DNA of 64,000 bases. Source: an uncultured Acidobacteriota bacterium. GTDB taxonomy: Bacteria; Acidobacteriota; Terriglobia; UBA7540. The stretch covers positions 1 through 64,000 of the forward strand of contig CAWDSK010000008.1 in assembly GCA_963804995.1 (NCBI GenBank), in the 5' to 3' direction. Below, one piece after another: positions 51,933 to 61,150 of this stretch. The notes below the pieces were generated by a model that saw only the letters and a program-made list of their open reading frames with translations, was not told the DNA's origin and did no database searches. The position numbers and the translations under genes were made by a program. Every line of letters begins with the position of its first letter. Position 1 is the stretch's first letter.

Positions 51933-54815
51933 ATGAAAACTCATACTATCTTTAGCCGACTCTGCCAATTCCCAATTCTCAGCCGCGCCGCCGTCACTCT
52001 GGTGGCGTTGGCCGCGCTGGCTTGGAGCAGCCTCGCCTTTTGTGGCGAGATTCATGTCGCGGCTGCGGCTGGCGACGTGGCCAAGGTTCAGGCGCTGCTC
52101 AAAAGCAATCCTGCTTTGGTGTCCAGCCAAGAGCAAAACGGCGCGACGCCTTTGCACTTTGCGGCGTCGGGTGGTTTCAAGGACGTAGCGGAATTGCTGC
52201 TGGCCAACGGGGCCGATGTCAATGCCAAGGACGGCAAGGGCGATACGCCTTTGCACTACGCGGCGTATGGTGGCCACAGGGACGTGGCGGAATTGCTGCT
52301 GGCCCACCACGCCGACATCAATGCCAAGGACAACGAGGGCGCCACGCCTCTGCACGGGGCGGCTTATGGCCACCAGGACGTGGTGCAAATGCTGCTGGCC
52401 CACCACGCGGATATCAATGGCAGGGATAAAAAGGGCGATACGCCTTTGCACTACGCAGCGTTTGGCGGCCACAAGGACGTGGCGGAATTGCTGCTGGCCA
52501 GCAAGGCTGATGTCAATGCCAGGGACGTCAAGGGCGATACGCCTTTGCACTACGCGACATCGGCTGGGCACCCGGACGTAGCGAAATTGCTGCTGGCCAG
52601 CAAGGCCGTGGTCAATACCAAGGATAAGGAAGGCTGGACGCCTTTGCACTGGGCGGTGCGCAATGCCCACAAGGACCTGGTGGTATTGCTGTTGGCCGGC
52701 AAGGCTGACGTCAACGCCAAGGATAAAGACGGTCTGACGCCTTTGCACTGGGCAGCGCGTAATGGCCAGAAGGAGGTGGCGCAATTGCTTCTGGCCAGCA
52801 AAGCCGAGGTCGATGCCAAGGACAACAACGGCCAGACGCCTGTGCACTGGGCGGCTCGTAATGGCCACACGGAGCTGGCGGGATTGCTGCTGGCCAGCAA
52901 GGCCGATGTTAATGCCAGTGACAACGACGGCCAGACGCCTCTGCACTGGGCGACGCGTAATAGCCACAAGGAGGTAGCGCAATTGCTGCGCGCGCATGGC
53001 GGGCAGGACATCGCTAAGCCCAAGCCGCCCGCGCCCGAAAAGCCGAGTACGCCCGGCACTGCGATGGTTGCCACGGACATTGATGACGCGGCCCGGGGAG
53101 GTGATCTGGCAAAGGTCCAGGCGCTGCTCAAATCCGATCCTCGCCTGGTTTCCAGCAAGGACAGCCACGAAAAGACGCCCTTGCACTACGCGGCGGAAGG
53201 TGGCCACAGGGACGTCGCGGAATTGCTGCTGGCCAACGGGGCTGAGGCGAACGCCAAGGATAGTAACGGCTGGACGCCCTTGCACTGGGCGGCACTGTGG
53301 GGCCACCAGGACGTGGCGGAATTGCTGCTGGCCAACAAGGCCGTGGTCGATGCCAGGAACAGTACAAGCGATACGCCTTTGCACTACGCGGCGTCGGCGG
53401 GTTACAAGGACGTAGCGAAATTGCTGCTGGCCAAGGGGGCCGAGGTCAATGCCAAGGACAGCCTCGGCGCGACGCCTTTGCACCTGGCGGCGACTTCTGG
53501 TCAAAAGGAGGTAGTGGAATTGCTGCTGGCCAAGGGGGCTGAGGTCAACGCCAAAGATAATAACGGCTGGACGCCTTTGCACTGGGCGGCAATGTGGGGC
53601 CACCAGGCCGTGGCGGAATTGCTGCTGGCCAGCAAGGCTGATGTCAATGCCAAGAATGGCACAGGCGAGACGCCTTTGCACTACGCGGTGTCTGCCGGTT
53701 ACAAGGACGTAGCGAAATTGCTGCTGGCCCACGGGGCCGATGTTAATGCCAAGGACAACCTCGGCGCGACGCCTTCGCAGGTGGCGACGCGTAATGGCCA
53801 CCAGGACATGGCGGAATTGCTGGGTCAGCCACGCGGTAGGGAAGTCTCCACGCCAACGCCGACCGCGCCGGCCGCCGCCACTGTGGTGACCACCCCACCC
53901 GCGCCCACCGCACCATCCGCCCCGCCCGTGGCGACCACCCCACCCGCGCCCACCGCCCCGACCGTGGCGGCCGCCAAGATTGAGGCGCCCGCGCCGCCCG
54001 CGCCCGTCCAGCCTAGCACCTCTGACACAACGATGGTCGTGGGCGATATTGATAACCTGGCCCGGGATGGCGATATCGGAAGGGTCGAGGCGCTAATCAA
54101 AGCCAACCCTCACGTGGTTCTTAACAAGGACAACCACGATAAGACGCCCTTGCACTACGCGGCGGAGGGTGGCCAGAAGGGCGTGGCGGAAATGCTGCTG
54201 GCCAACGGGGCCGAGGTCAATGCCAAGGACAAGAACGGCTGGACGCCTTTGCACGTGGCGGCGGCTTATGGCCACCGGGCCGTGGCGGAATTGCTGCTGA
54301 CCAGCAAGGCCGATGTCAATGCTCACGACAACGCCGGCATTACACCTTTGCAGTATGCGGCGTCTGCTGGTCACCAGGACGTAGCGAAATTGCTGCTGGC
54401 CAGCAAGGCCGAGGTCAATGCCAAAGATAACAACGGCCAGACGCCTTTGCACTGGGCGGCGCGTAATGGCCACAAGGTCATGGCGGAATTGCTGCTGGCC
54501 GGCAAGGCCGATGTTAACGTCAAGGATAAATACGGCTGGACGCCGTTGGACTGGGCGGCACAAGGGGGCCACCAGGACGTGGCGGAATTGCTGCTGGCTA
54601 GCAAGGCCAACGTCAATGCCAAGAACAGCGCAGGCGCAACGCCGTTGCACTGGGCAGCGCTTAATGGCCACATGGAAGTGGCGCAATTGCTGCTGGCAAA
54701 AGGGGCCGACGTCAATGCCAAGAACAGCACAGGCGTGACGCCGTTGCACTGGGCAGCAGTTTATGGCCACAAGGATTTGGCGGAATTGCTGCGCCAGCAC
54801 GGTGGCCACGAATAG
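51933..54815 (+). CDS. Secreted ankyrin-repeat protein, ~26 repeats in three modules
   Basis: Signal peptide; G-x-TPLH-x-AA-x-x-GH-x-DVAELLLA-x-x-ADVNAKD units (99 bp) separated by Pro/Thr-rich linkers. Confidence 0.95.
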   Translation: MKTHTIFSRLCQFPILSRAAVTLVALAALAWSSLAFCGEIHVAAAAGDVAKVQALLKSNPALVSSQEQNGATPLHFAASGGFKDVAELLLANGADVNAKDGKGDTPLHYAAYGGHRDVAELLLAHHADINAKDNEGATPLHGAAYGHQDVVQMLLAHHADINGRDKKGDTPLHYAAFGGHKDVAELLLASKADVNARDVKGDTPLHYATSAGHPDVAKLLLASKAVVNTKDKEGWTPLHWAVRNAHKDLVVLLLAGKADVNAKDKDGLTPLHWAARNGQKEVAQLLLASKAEVDAKDNNGQTPVHWAARNGHTELAGLLLASKADVNASDNDGQTPLHWATRNSHKEVAQLLRAHGGQDIAKPKPPAPEKPSTPGTAMVATDIDDAARGGDLAKVQALLKSDPRLVSSKDSHEKTPLHYAAEGGHRDVAELLLANGAEANAKDSNGWTPLHWAALWGHQDVAELLLANKAVVDARNSTSDTPLHYAASAGYKDVAKLLLAKGAEVNAKDSLGATPLHLAATSGQKEVVELLLAKGAEVNAKDNNGWTPLHWAAMWGHQAVAELLLASKADVNAKNGTGETPLHYAVSAGYKDVAKLLLAHGADVNAKDNLGATPSQVATRNGHQDMAELLGQPRGREVSTPTPTAPAAATVVTTPPAPTAPSAPPVATTPPAPTAPTVAAAKIEAPAPPAPVQPSTSDTTMVVGDIDNLARDGDIGRVEALIKANPHVVLNKDNHDKTPLHYAAEGGQKGVAEMLLANGAEVNAKDKNGWTPLHVAAAYGHRAVAELLLTSKADVNAHDNAGITPLQYAASAGHQDVAKLLLASKAEVNAKDNNGQTPLHWAARNGHKVMAELLLAGKADVNVKDKYGWTPLDWAAQGGHQDVAELLLASKANVNAKNSAGATPLHWAALNGHMEVAQLLLAKGADVNAKNSTGVTPLHWAAVYGHKDLAELLRQHGGHE

Positions 54816-54895
54816 ACTGCGTGGAAACCCAGCCTATCACTTGGCAACAAGCACTTACCGCATGATGCGCATTGCGGGGAACTAATGGAAGTTCA

Positions 54896-55050
54896 TCCTT
54901 TCAGGCTCTGCCCCACCTCGATCACCAGGCATTCTCACGTGAACACATCCACGACGGTCAAAGCACGGAACCGCCGCCCGCCGGCCAACTGATCCGCCAC
55001 GAAGTTCAAACTTCAAACCTGCTTCGGCAATTTGGACGCTGCACGGTCAA
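54896..55050 (-). pseudogene. IS3-family transposase (integrase core) relic
   Basis: Minus strand reads PKQV*SLNFVADQLAGGRRFRALTVVDVFT*ECLVIEVGQSLKG*, a decayed WSxDF...D...RE motif. Confidence 0.8.
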
Positions 55051-55065
55051 CCCAAGCGCCTGAGG

Positions 55066-55202
55066 GGTAGTGGTGCAATTTGACGTAGAGGCGGCGGCAT
55101 TCATCCCGATCTGATCGGGACGCCGCGCTTGTGTAGAGGCGGCTTAACGCCGCCATATGGCGAGGTAAACTCGCCGCTACAACATCAAACTGCACCACTA
55201 CC
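55066..55202. mobile_element. IS1-like MITE with 8-bp target duplication, carrying GTAG REPs
   Basis: GGTAGTGGTGCAATTTGA / TCAAACTGCACCACTACC inverted ends; GCCTGAGG at 55058-55065 and 55203-55210. Confidence 0.8.
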
Positions 55203-55357
55203 GCCTGAGGCAAGCCCTTAAACTTCGTGTCGATGCCGTGATACACTCATTTCGGCATACGTTCTTGACGGGGTTAGGCGCGATAAACAGTCTGCCTACT
55301 GGTACAAGGACGGACCGCGAAATCGTGACTACCAAAAAAGTCTTTTAGAATCATCGC

Positions 55358-55446
55358 GCGGGGGTGGCGGAACTGGTAGACGCAAGGGACTTAAAATCCC
55401 TCGGCCTGCGAAGGCTGTGCGGGTTCGATTCCCGCCCCCCGCACCA
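55358..55446 (+). tRNA. tRNA-Leu (anticodon TAA)
   Basis: GCGGGGG/CCCCCGC acceptor stem, AGGGA-CTTAAAA-TCCCT anticodon arm, long variable arm, GGTTCGATTCC, encoded CCA. Confidence 0.97.
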
Positions 55447-55492
55447 CATCCATCCGTACAGTTTACTGATTCGCGGCGACAAGGAGAGAGTC

Positions 55493-56822
55493 ATGGCGAA
55501 GACTCAAGGGGCAGGGCTTGGCAAGTCGCGCCAAGGTGGCGTGGTTTTAGCTTTTATCCTGGCGATTGTAGTGATCTCATCGAACGCGCGAGCCGGCCAG
55601 TTTCGCGCCTCCGTAGTCAAAGTCGATATCACCCCGGACAAAACCGCATGGCTGAAGGGTTATGACGCGCGGCAATCGACCGGCGTGCACGATCACATCT
55701 TCCACCGCATCGTGGCGATGGACGATGGGAAAACCCAATTCTTCCTCATCTCGACTGAACTCGTTTCCTTCTCGCCTTCCATCTACGACGAGGTCACCAA
55801 AAAGCTTGAGGAGGAGACGGGAATCAAACCCGTCCAGGTATGGTGGACGGTGACGCACACGCACTCCGCGCCGGAGGTGGGGCCGCCTGGGCTGAGCGGA
55901 GTCTTCATGGCCAACCGCTTTAAGCACGCGCCGGACACTGAGTACACGGCTCACCTGGAGAGGCAATTGATTGATGGAATCAAGGAGGCGCGGCAGAAGC
56001 TCGAAGCCCGCGCGGCTGGGGGTCGGCCGGGGATTCGCGCGCGCCAACATTAACCGCCGAGCGCGAAATGAAGACGGCCCGGCGTTTCTGGGCTTGAACC
56101 CGGACGGCCCGACGGACCGGCAGATCGGACTGATCCGTTTAGAGAAAGCCGATGGCACGCTGCTGGCCCTGGTTGCCAACTATGCCATGCACGGGACGGT
56201 GCTCAGCGGCGCGAACACACTGATCAGCGGCGACGCGCCGGGCGCCGTGGCGGAATACGTCCAGCAGAAACTGGGCGCCCCGATGCTTTACATTCAAGGC
56301 GCGGCGGGCAATCAGGCCCCGATTTACACCGTCTATCCCGATTTCCGCAGCGGGCACTTGAAGGCTTTTGAAGTGCTGCTGGGTGACCCCATCATCGAGG
56401 CTAATGCGCGCCTGGGCCCCACGACTTCAGATGTCGAGCTCACACTCGGTGACACCATCGTTGAGACCCCGCGCAAGGCCGGTATGGGATGGGCGCCCGA
56501 CCTTGGCAACTACCTGCGCACGACCAGCGCCGGAACCGCGATGGTTCGCCTTCCCGTGCGCTTCTTGCGAATCAACAAGGACATTGCCGTTTGGGCGGCC
56601 CCTCTGGAGCTGTTCTGCGAAATCTCGATGGACGTACGGAACCGCTCGCCTTTTCCCTATACGTTTTATTTTGGATATTGCAACGGCGCGCTCGGCTATC
56701 TTCCCACCCGGGCGGAATTCGCCCACGGGGGTTATGAGCCGGGAGTCTCTCCCTTCACCGAGCAGGGAGGGGAAGACCTGGAGCGCGCGGTGCTGAATTA
56801 CCTGAACGGATGGGTGCGGTAG
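55493..56822 (+). CDS. Neutral/alkaline ceramidase N-terminal-domain family hydrolase (frameshift near 56005)
   Basis: KVDITP, THTHSAP, NYAMHGT, QGAAGNQ, GYLPT...GGYE. Confidence 0.8.
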
Positions 56823-56830
56823 CAATCCCT

Positions 56831-56971
56831 TTTGGAGTGCGGCAGCTCGCTGCCGCTTTCTCCGAGGCCAGCTCGCTGGCCGTCCGTAGATAGGGTCTGA
56901 GGCGATGGCTGCCGCGAGCGACCTCGCGGAAAGGAAAGCGGCAGTCCGCCGCGGCGGACCGCACTCCGAAA
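56831..56971. repeat. TGGAGTGC-type REP doublet between convergent genes
   Basis: Left arm identical to 41799-41827; right arm ...CCGCACTCCGAAA. Confidence 0.8.
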
Positions 56972-56973
56972 CT

Positions 56974-58394
56974 TCAAACCTTCTCAGGAACCACGAAGGG
57001 CGCGCGGTAGGCGCCGCGCAGCAGGCGATTAGCCTCCTCATCTCCAATCACTTGTTCGGTGGCAGGATCAAAGTTCAGCGTGCGGCCCAGGCGGTAGGAC
57101 GCATTGGCCAGATGCACCAGCGTGCAGGAGTAGTGTCCCTCTTCGATCGGCGCGTGGAGATCTTCCTTCTTCCGGCTGCGCACCGCGTCAATGAAATTCG
57201 CCCAGCAACTGCCATCCTGTTGATTGCCGGAGGGGCCGGGTTCCTGCTCGGGTCCCAACCAAGTCCGATAGAAATCGTGTCCCCCGTGAGCAATGGCCAT
57301 GTACCCCTTGGGCCCATAGAAAATATCCCCCACGACTTGCCCTGAAAACTGGCGGCGGTGCTCGCTGCGAGGGTCGGGGTAGCCCTGGAAATTCGGGATG
57401 ATAAGGCCGAACCCGGGCGTGTCGATTTCCGCTTCATGATTGGTGATCCAGTGCCGCACTTCCATCACCAGCAACTTGCGCTTGCCTTCGGGCATATCGA
57501 ACTGGAAGGTGCAATTGAGCGTGTTGGGCGTCTCCTGGTCATCGTCAAACATGAAGTGTCCACCGATGGCGGAAACCTTGTTGGGGAACTTGACTCCCAG
57601 CCCCCAGCGCGCCACGTCCATGTAGTGGATGCCCTGATTGCCCACGTCGCCGTTGCCCGTATCCCAGAACCAATGCCAGTTGTAGTGGAAGCGATTTTGG
57701 GTGAAGGGCTTTACCGGGGCGGGGCCAATCCAAAGGTCGTAATCAACGCCGCTTGGAACCGGCTCGACCGGAGCGCGTCCAATACTGGGGCGTTTGCAGT
57801 AGCAAATCCCGCGCGCCATGTAAACGTCGCCCACCACGCCCTCTTGAAGTTTCTAAACGCCCTCCCGCACGGCTGGACTGGTTCGCAGGTTGGTGCCGTG
57901 CTGCACCATGCGATTGTATTTTGACGCGGCTTTCACCATTTGATGCCCCTCCCACCAGTTGTGGGAGCAAGGCTTCTCAACGTAAACATCCTTGCCGGCC
58001 TGGCACGCCCAGATGGCGATGAGCGAGTGCCAGTGATTGGGGGTGGCAATCGAGATGACATCAAGGGAGGTGTCTTCCAGAAGCTTGCGAACATCGACGA
58101 AGGTTTTGGGTCGAGGCAGGCCCATCTTTTCCATGTCGGCAAGACGGTTGTTCAGGATGTTCTCGTCGACTTCGCAGACGGCGGCAACCTCAACGTTCGA
58201 CACTCCTGCATACTCTTCGACATGCAAAAAACCCTGCCCGCGCAATCCCACTACTGCAACCCTGACCCGGTCGTTCGCGCCAAAAACTCGCTCCGGCCGC
58301 GTGAGGAAGGTGATTCCCGCGAGCGCCCCCAGGCCCGCTGCGGCGCTGGCCGATGTGTTTGGAGTCTCTCAACTATTATTCGTCTCGTTGCCAT
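56974..58394 (-). CDS. Gfo/Idh/MocA oxidoreductase with probable Tat signal, frameshifted
   Basis: GANDRVRVAVVGLRGQG, IATPNHWH, GKDVYVEKP, DYDLWIGPAP, GNQGIHYMD. Confidence 0.85.
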
Positions 58395-58513
58395 CCATCT
58401 TTGTGAATACCTCCGTGCGGCAGTTGGCGATATTACCCGATTCTGCGGGGAAAGAGAAAATCGATATACCGGGAACCGCGTCCGCCGGAGGTAGACGAAT
58501 GGTTCGAGCCAGC

Positions 58514-58661
58514 GGGTAGCGCAGACGTACGCGTTGTTTGCGTTCGTCTGCGGCCCTTCAACGGTCCATGGAATGTCCTCTTTGGATGTTGATGCCATGG
58601 TTGATGTTTCCATGTTAAGAACCGCGGAGGAAGGCAAAAGGCGCCTACCTCCGCGCTACCC
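58514..58661. repeat. GTAG-type REP doublet (REPIN-like)
   Basis: Near-identical to 8449-8594. Confidence 0.85.
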
Positions 58662-58735
58662 GCTCTCGCTTCACGTCATTGCATTGACACCAAATATTCC
58701 GAGTGATATAGGAAACAGACCCAGGGGCAGGAATC

Positions 58736-59752
58736 ATGTGGAGGTGTGTTTTGACAAAGACAAACGCCGGGTGTGTGTTTCCCCTTCATTCTGATCGGCG
58801 CTTTCGTCTGCACGCGAGGGGGTGGGCGCGTGCGTCAGCGATCCTCTTGTCAGTGGTCTTCTCGGTCGCCCTGGGGGTCGGGACCTCATACGCGCAAATG
58901 AGAGACGTGGCGCAAAAGCTGGGGTATCCCGCCGATTCGAAGCTTCTGATCATTCAGGCGGATGATGTGGGGGTCTACCACGCGGCAGATCTCGCGAGTT
59001 TCACCGCGCTCAGCCAAGGGGCGGTCACTTGCGGCACTGTCATGATGACTTCCCCCTGGCTGACGGAAGTCGCGCAATTTGCGAAGCAACATCCGAACCT
59101 CTGCCTGGGGGTCCACCTGGTGCTTTCCAGTGAATACGATACTTATCGCTGGGGTCCAGTGGCGCCCAAGGATCAGGTGCCCAGTCTACTTGATCCCAAC
59201 GGTTACATTTGGCAACATGGTTCCGACACGGTCAGTCACGGCAAGCCCGCGGAAATCGATCGTGAAATTCGCGCCCAGATGGACCGCGCCTTGCAAATGG
59301 GTTTTCAACCCGACTTTGTGGATAGCCATCAAAGAGCACTGATGTCCAATCAGGAGCTTTTCCAGATTTACATGAAGGTCGCGCACGACTACAAGCTGCC
59401 TTTCCTGGGGGGGCGGGACCGGGCGACCGGGGGGAGTTTCGTCCCCCTGCTTTCCGATAAAGACGTCGCAGTCGATTCGGTTATTGTCATTTCCTCAACC
59501 ACTCCTCCCCAGGATTGGATGGGGTTTTACACGCGCGCCGTGAAGGCACTCAAACCCGGGCTGTACCAGCTTTACGTCCACCTGGACTTTGATAATGACG
59601 AAGCAGAGGCGGTTTCCGTAGACCACACTGCCTATGGCGCCGCGTGGCGTCAGCGCGATTTCAACGTGATGACGAGTCCGGAATTCAAGAAGGCCTTGGA
59701 AGACAATCACGTCATTCTGGTCACTTGGAAAGATATAAAGAAAATTATGTAA
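58736..59752 (+). CDS. YdjC/ChbG-family carbohydrate deacetylase, secreted
   Basis: LLIIQADDVG, LGVHLVL, DSHQ, YVHL. Confidence 0.85.
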   Translation: MWRCVLTKTNAGCVFPLHSDRRFRLHARGWARASAILLSVVFSVALGVGTSYAQMRDVAQKLGYPADSKLLIIQADDVGVYHAADLASFTALSQGAVTCGTVMMTSPWLTEVAQFAKQHPNLCLGVHLVLSSEYDTYRWGPVAPKDQVPSLLDPNGYIWQHGSDTVSHGKPAEIDREIRAQMDRALQMGFQPDFVDSHQRALMSNQELFQIYMKVAHDYKLPFLGGRDRATGGSFVPLLSDKDVAVDSVIVISSTTPPQDWMGFYTRAVKALKPGLYQLYVHLDFDNDEAEAVSVDHTAYGAAWRQRDFNVMTSPEFKKALEDNHVILVTWKDIKKIM

Positions 59753-59768
59753 CCGAGGAGACGCATTA

Positions 59769-60599
59769 ATGTCCGTGAACCCCAGGTTGAACCGCTTGTT
59801 CGCGGCGGACGGCAAGTGCTTTGAGGTGGCGCTCGACCACGGCGCGCACAATGAGCCGAGCTACCTTCCCGGCATGGAGAACTTGCAGCAGGTGGTCGCG
59901 ACCGTGGCGGCGGCCAGTCCCGACGCCATTTTGCTGAGTCTTGGCCAGGCCCACTGGTTGCAGGATACGGTGGGGAAAGCGAAGCCCTCCCTGGTAGTGC
60001 GAGTCGACCCAACGAATCTTTACAACACGCCCACGCCGCGCCAAGTGTTTTGCCACTTGATCGAAGATGCGGTGGAACGGGCCGTGGCTCTGGACGCCGC
60101 CTCGCTGGTGGTCAACCTGTTGTGGCCGTCTGACCAGCCGGATTTGTACCGTCAGTGTCTCGCCAATGTCTGCCGCGTGAAGACACAATGTGAACGATAC
60201 GGTATGCCGCTTATGGTGGAGCCTCTTGTCATGTTGCCTGACAAGAAGGCGGGCGGGTATAAGCTCGATCCCGACCTGCGCCGGACGATATCTTTGGTCC
60301 GGCAAGCCGTCGAGTTGGGCGCGGATGTGGTCAAAGCCGACCCCTGCGATAATCTCAGTGAGTACCACCGGGTCGTGGAAGCCGCATCGCCCAAGCCCGT
60401 GCTCCCTCGGGGCGGCGCGCGCGTAGCGGATAAAGAAATACTGACTCGTACACACGCGTTAATCGAACAAGGTGTTTCGGGCATCGTCTATGGACGAAAT
60501 GTTTTTCAGCATCCCCACCCCGAAAAGATGATCCGGGCGTGCAAGGCCATCGTTCATGAGGGAGCAAGCGTTGCGCAGGCGATGGCTTTACTAAAGTAG
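59769..60599 (+). CDS. Class I aldolase (DhnA/LsrF family)
   Basis: VALDHG, PLMVEP, ELGADVVKAD, RGG, YGRNVFQ. Confidence 0.88.
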   Translation: MSVNPRLNRLFAADGKCFEVALDHGAHNEPSYLPGMENLQQVVATVAAASPDAILLSLGQAHWLQDTVGKAKPSLVVRVDPTNLYNTPTPRQVFCHLIEDAVERAVALDAASLVVNLLWPSDQPDLYRQCLANVCRVKTQCERYGMPLMVEPLVMLPDKKAGGYKLDPDLRRTISLVRQAVELGADVVKADPCDNLSEYHRVVEAASPKPVLPRGGARVADKEILTRTHALIEQGVSGIVYGRNVFQHPHPEKMIRACKAIVHEGASVAQAMALLK

Positions 60600-61150
60600 A
60601 CGTGTAACCTTTCCGTTCTGGGACGGCGAACACCTGGCTTCACCGCACGGCCACCTTTTTGCCTTGCGAATCCGCATTTCAATCCCACGTTTTCGTCAAG
60701 TGGGACATGTCCCAGAAGTTGCGCTCCCAGCGCCTTAGCGCGCGAGGTCCCACCAAATCCTCCACCTTCATGCTCTTTTTTCCTATGGCATTTCGAGTGT
60801 GGTTCCGCCGCGCCAAGCTCCAGCTTTCGCCCCGATTTTTGAGGCGGAAACTCCCCCTCTTTCTCATCAAGTTTCACACCGCAGCCATCACAGCTTCACA
60901 TGGCGCCTCCATAATAATTGTTAGTCCCTCACTTGCGCGGCAGTTTGGTGTATAATCGCAAACATCGGGGAAAGCAGGATAGAAATCGCGGCCCACTCAG
61001 ACCGCTGCACGTGCTAACAGGGAACCACCGCTACTAACGGCCGGGCTAAGCGGACCAGGACCGATGTCGGCAGGTGGCTTAGCTCCTTTCCCCACGGGTA
61101 GGAATCTTCGAAATCAAACTCGTCTAAACGTCCAGAAGGGGACTTCGGCC

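Noticed and set aside
51789..53801. 670-aa minus-strand repetitive ORF
   Set aside because: Antisense shadow of the ankyrin gene.
52050..54812. Regularly spaced DNA repeats as a CRISPR array
   Set aside because: The 99-bp period is in-frame ankyrin coding sequence; no unique spacers and no cas genes.
54896..55050. TGA recoding in the IS3 fragment
   Set aside because: The stops fall at Trp and Arg positions and the catalytic Asp is Asn, consistent with ordinary transition mutations.
55358..55446. Genomic island integrated at tRNA-Leu
   Set aside because: I found no duplicate of the tRNA 3' end and no integrase in the window.
55364..55492. N-terminal extension of ORF 55364-56053
   Set aside because: It is the tRNA read as codons; the real start is ATG 55493 after AAGGAGAG.
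60600..61150. Short ORFs or ncRNA between the aldolase and the large ORF
   Set aside because: No recognisable protein motif or RNA family, so I cannot support a call.
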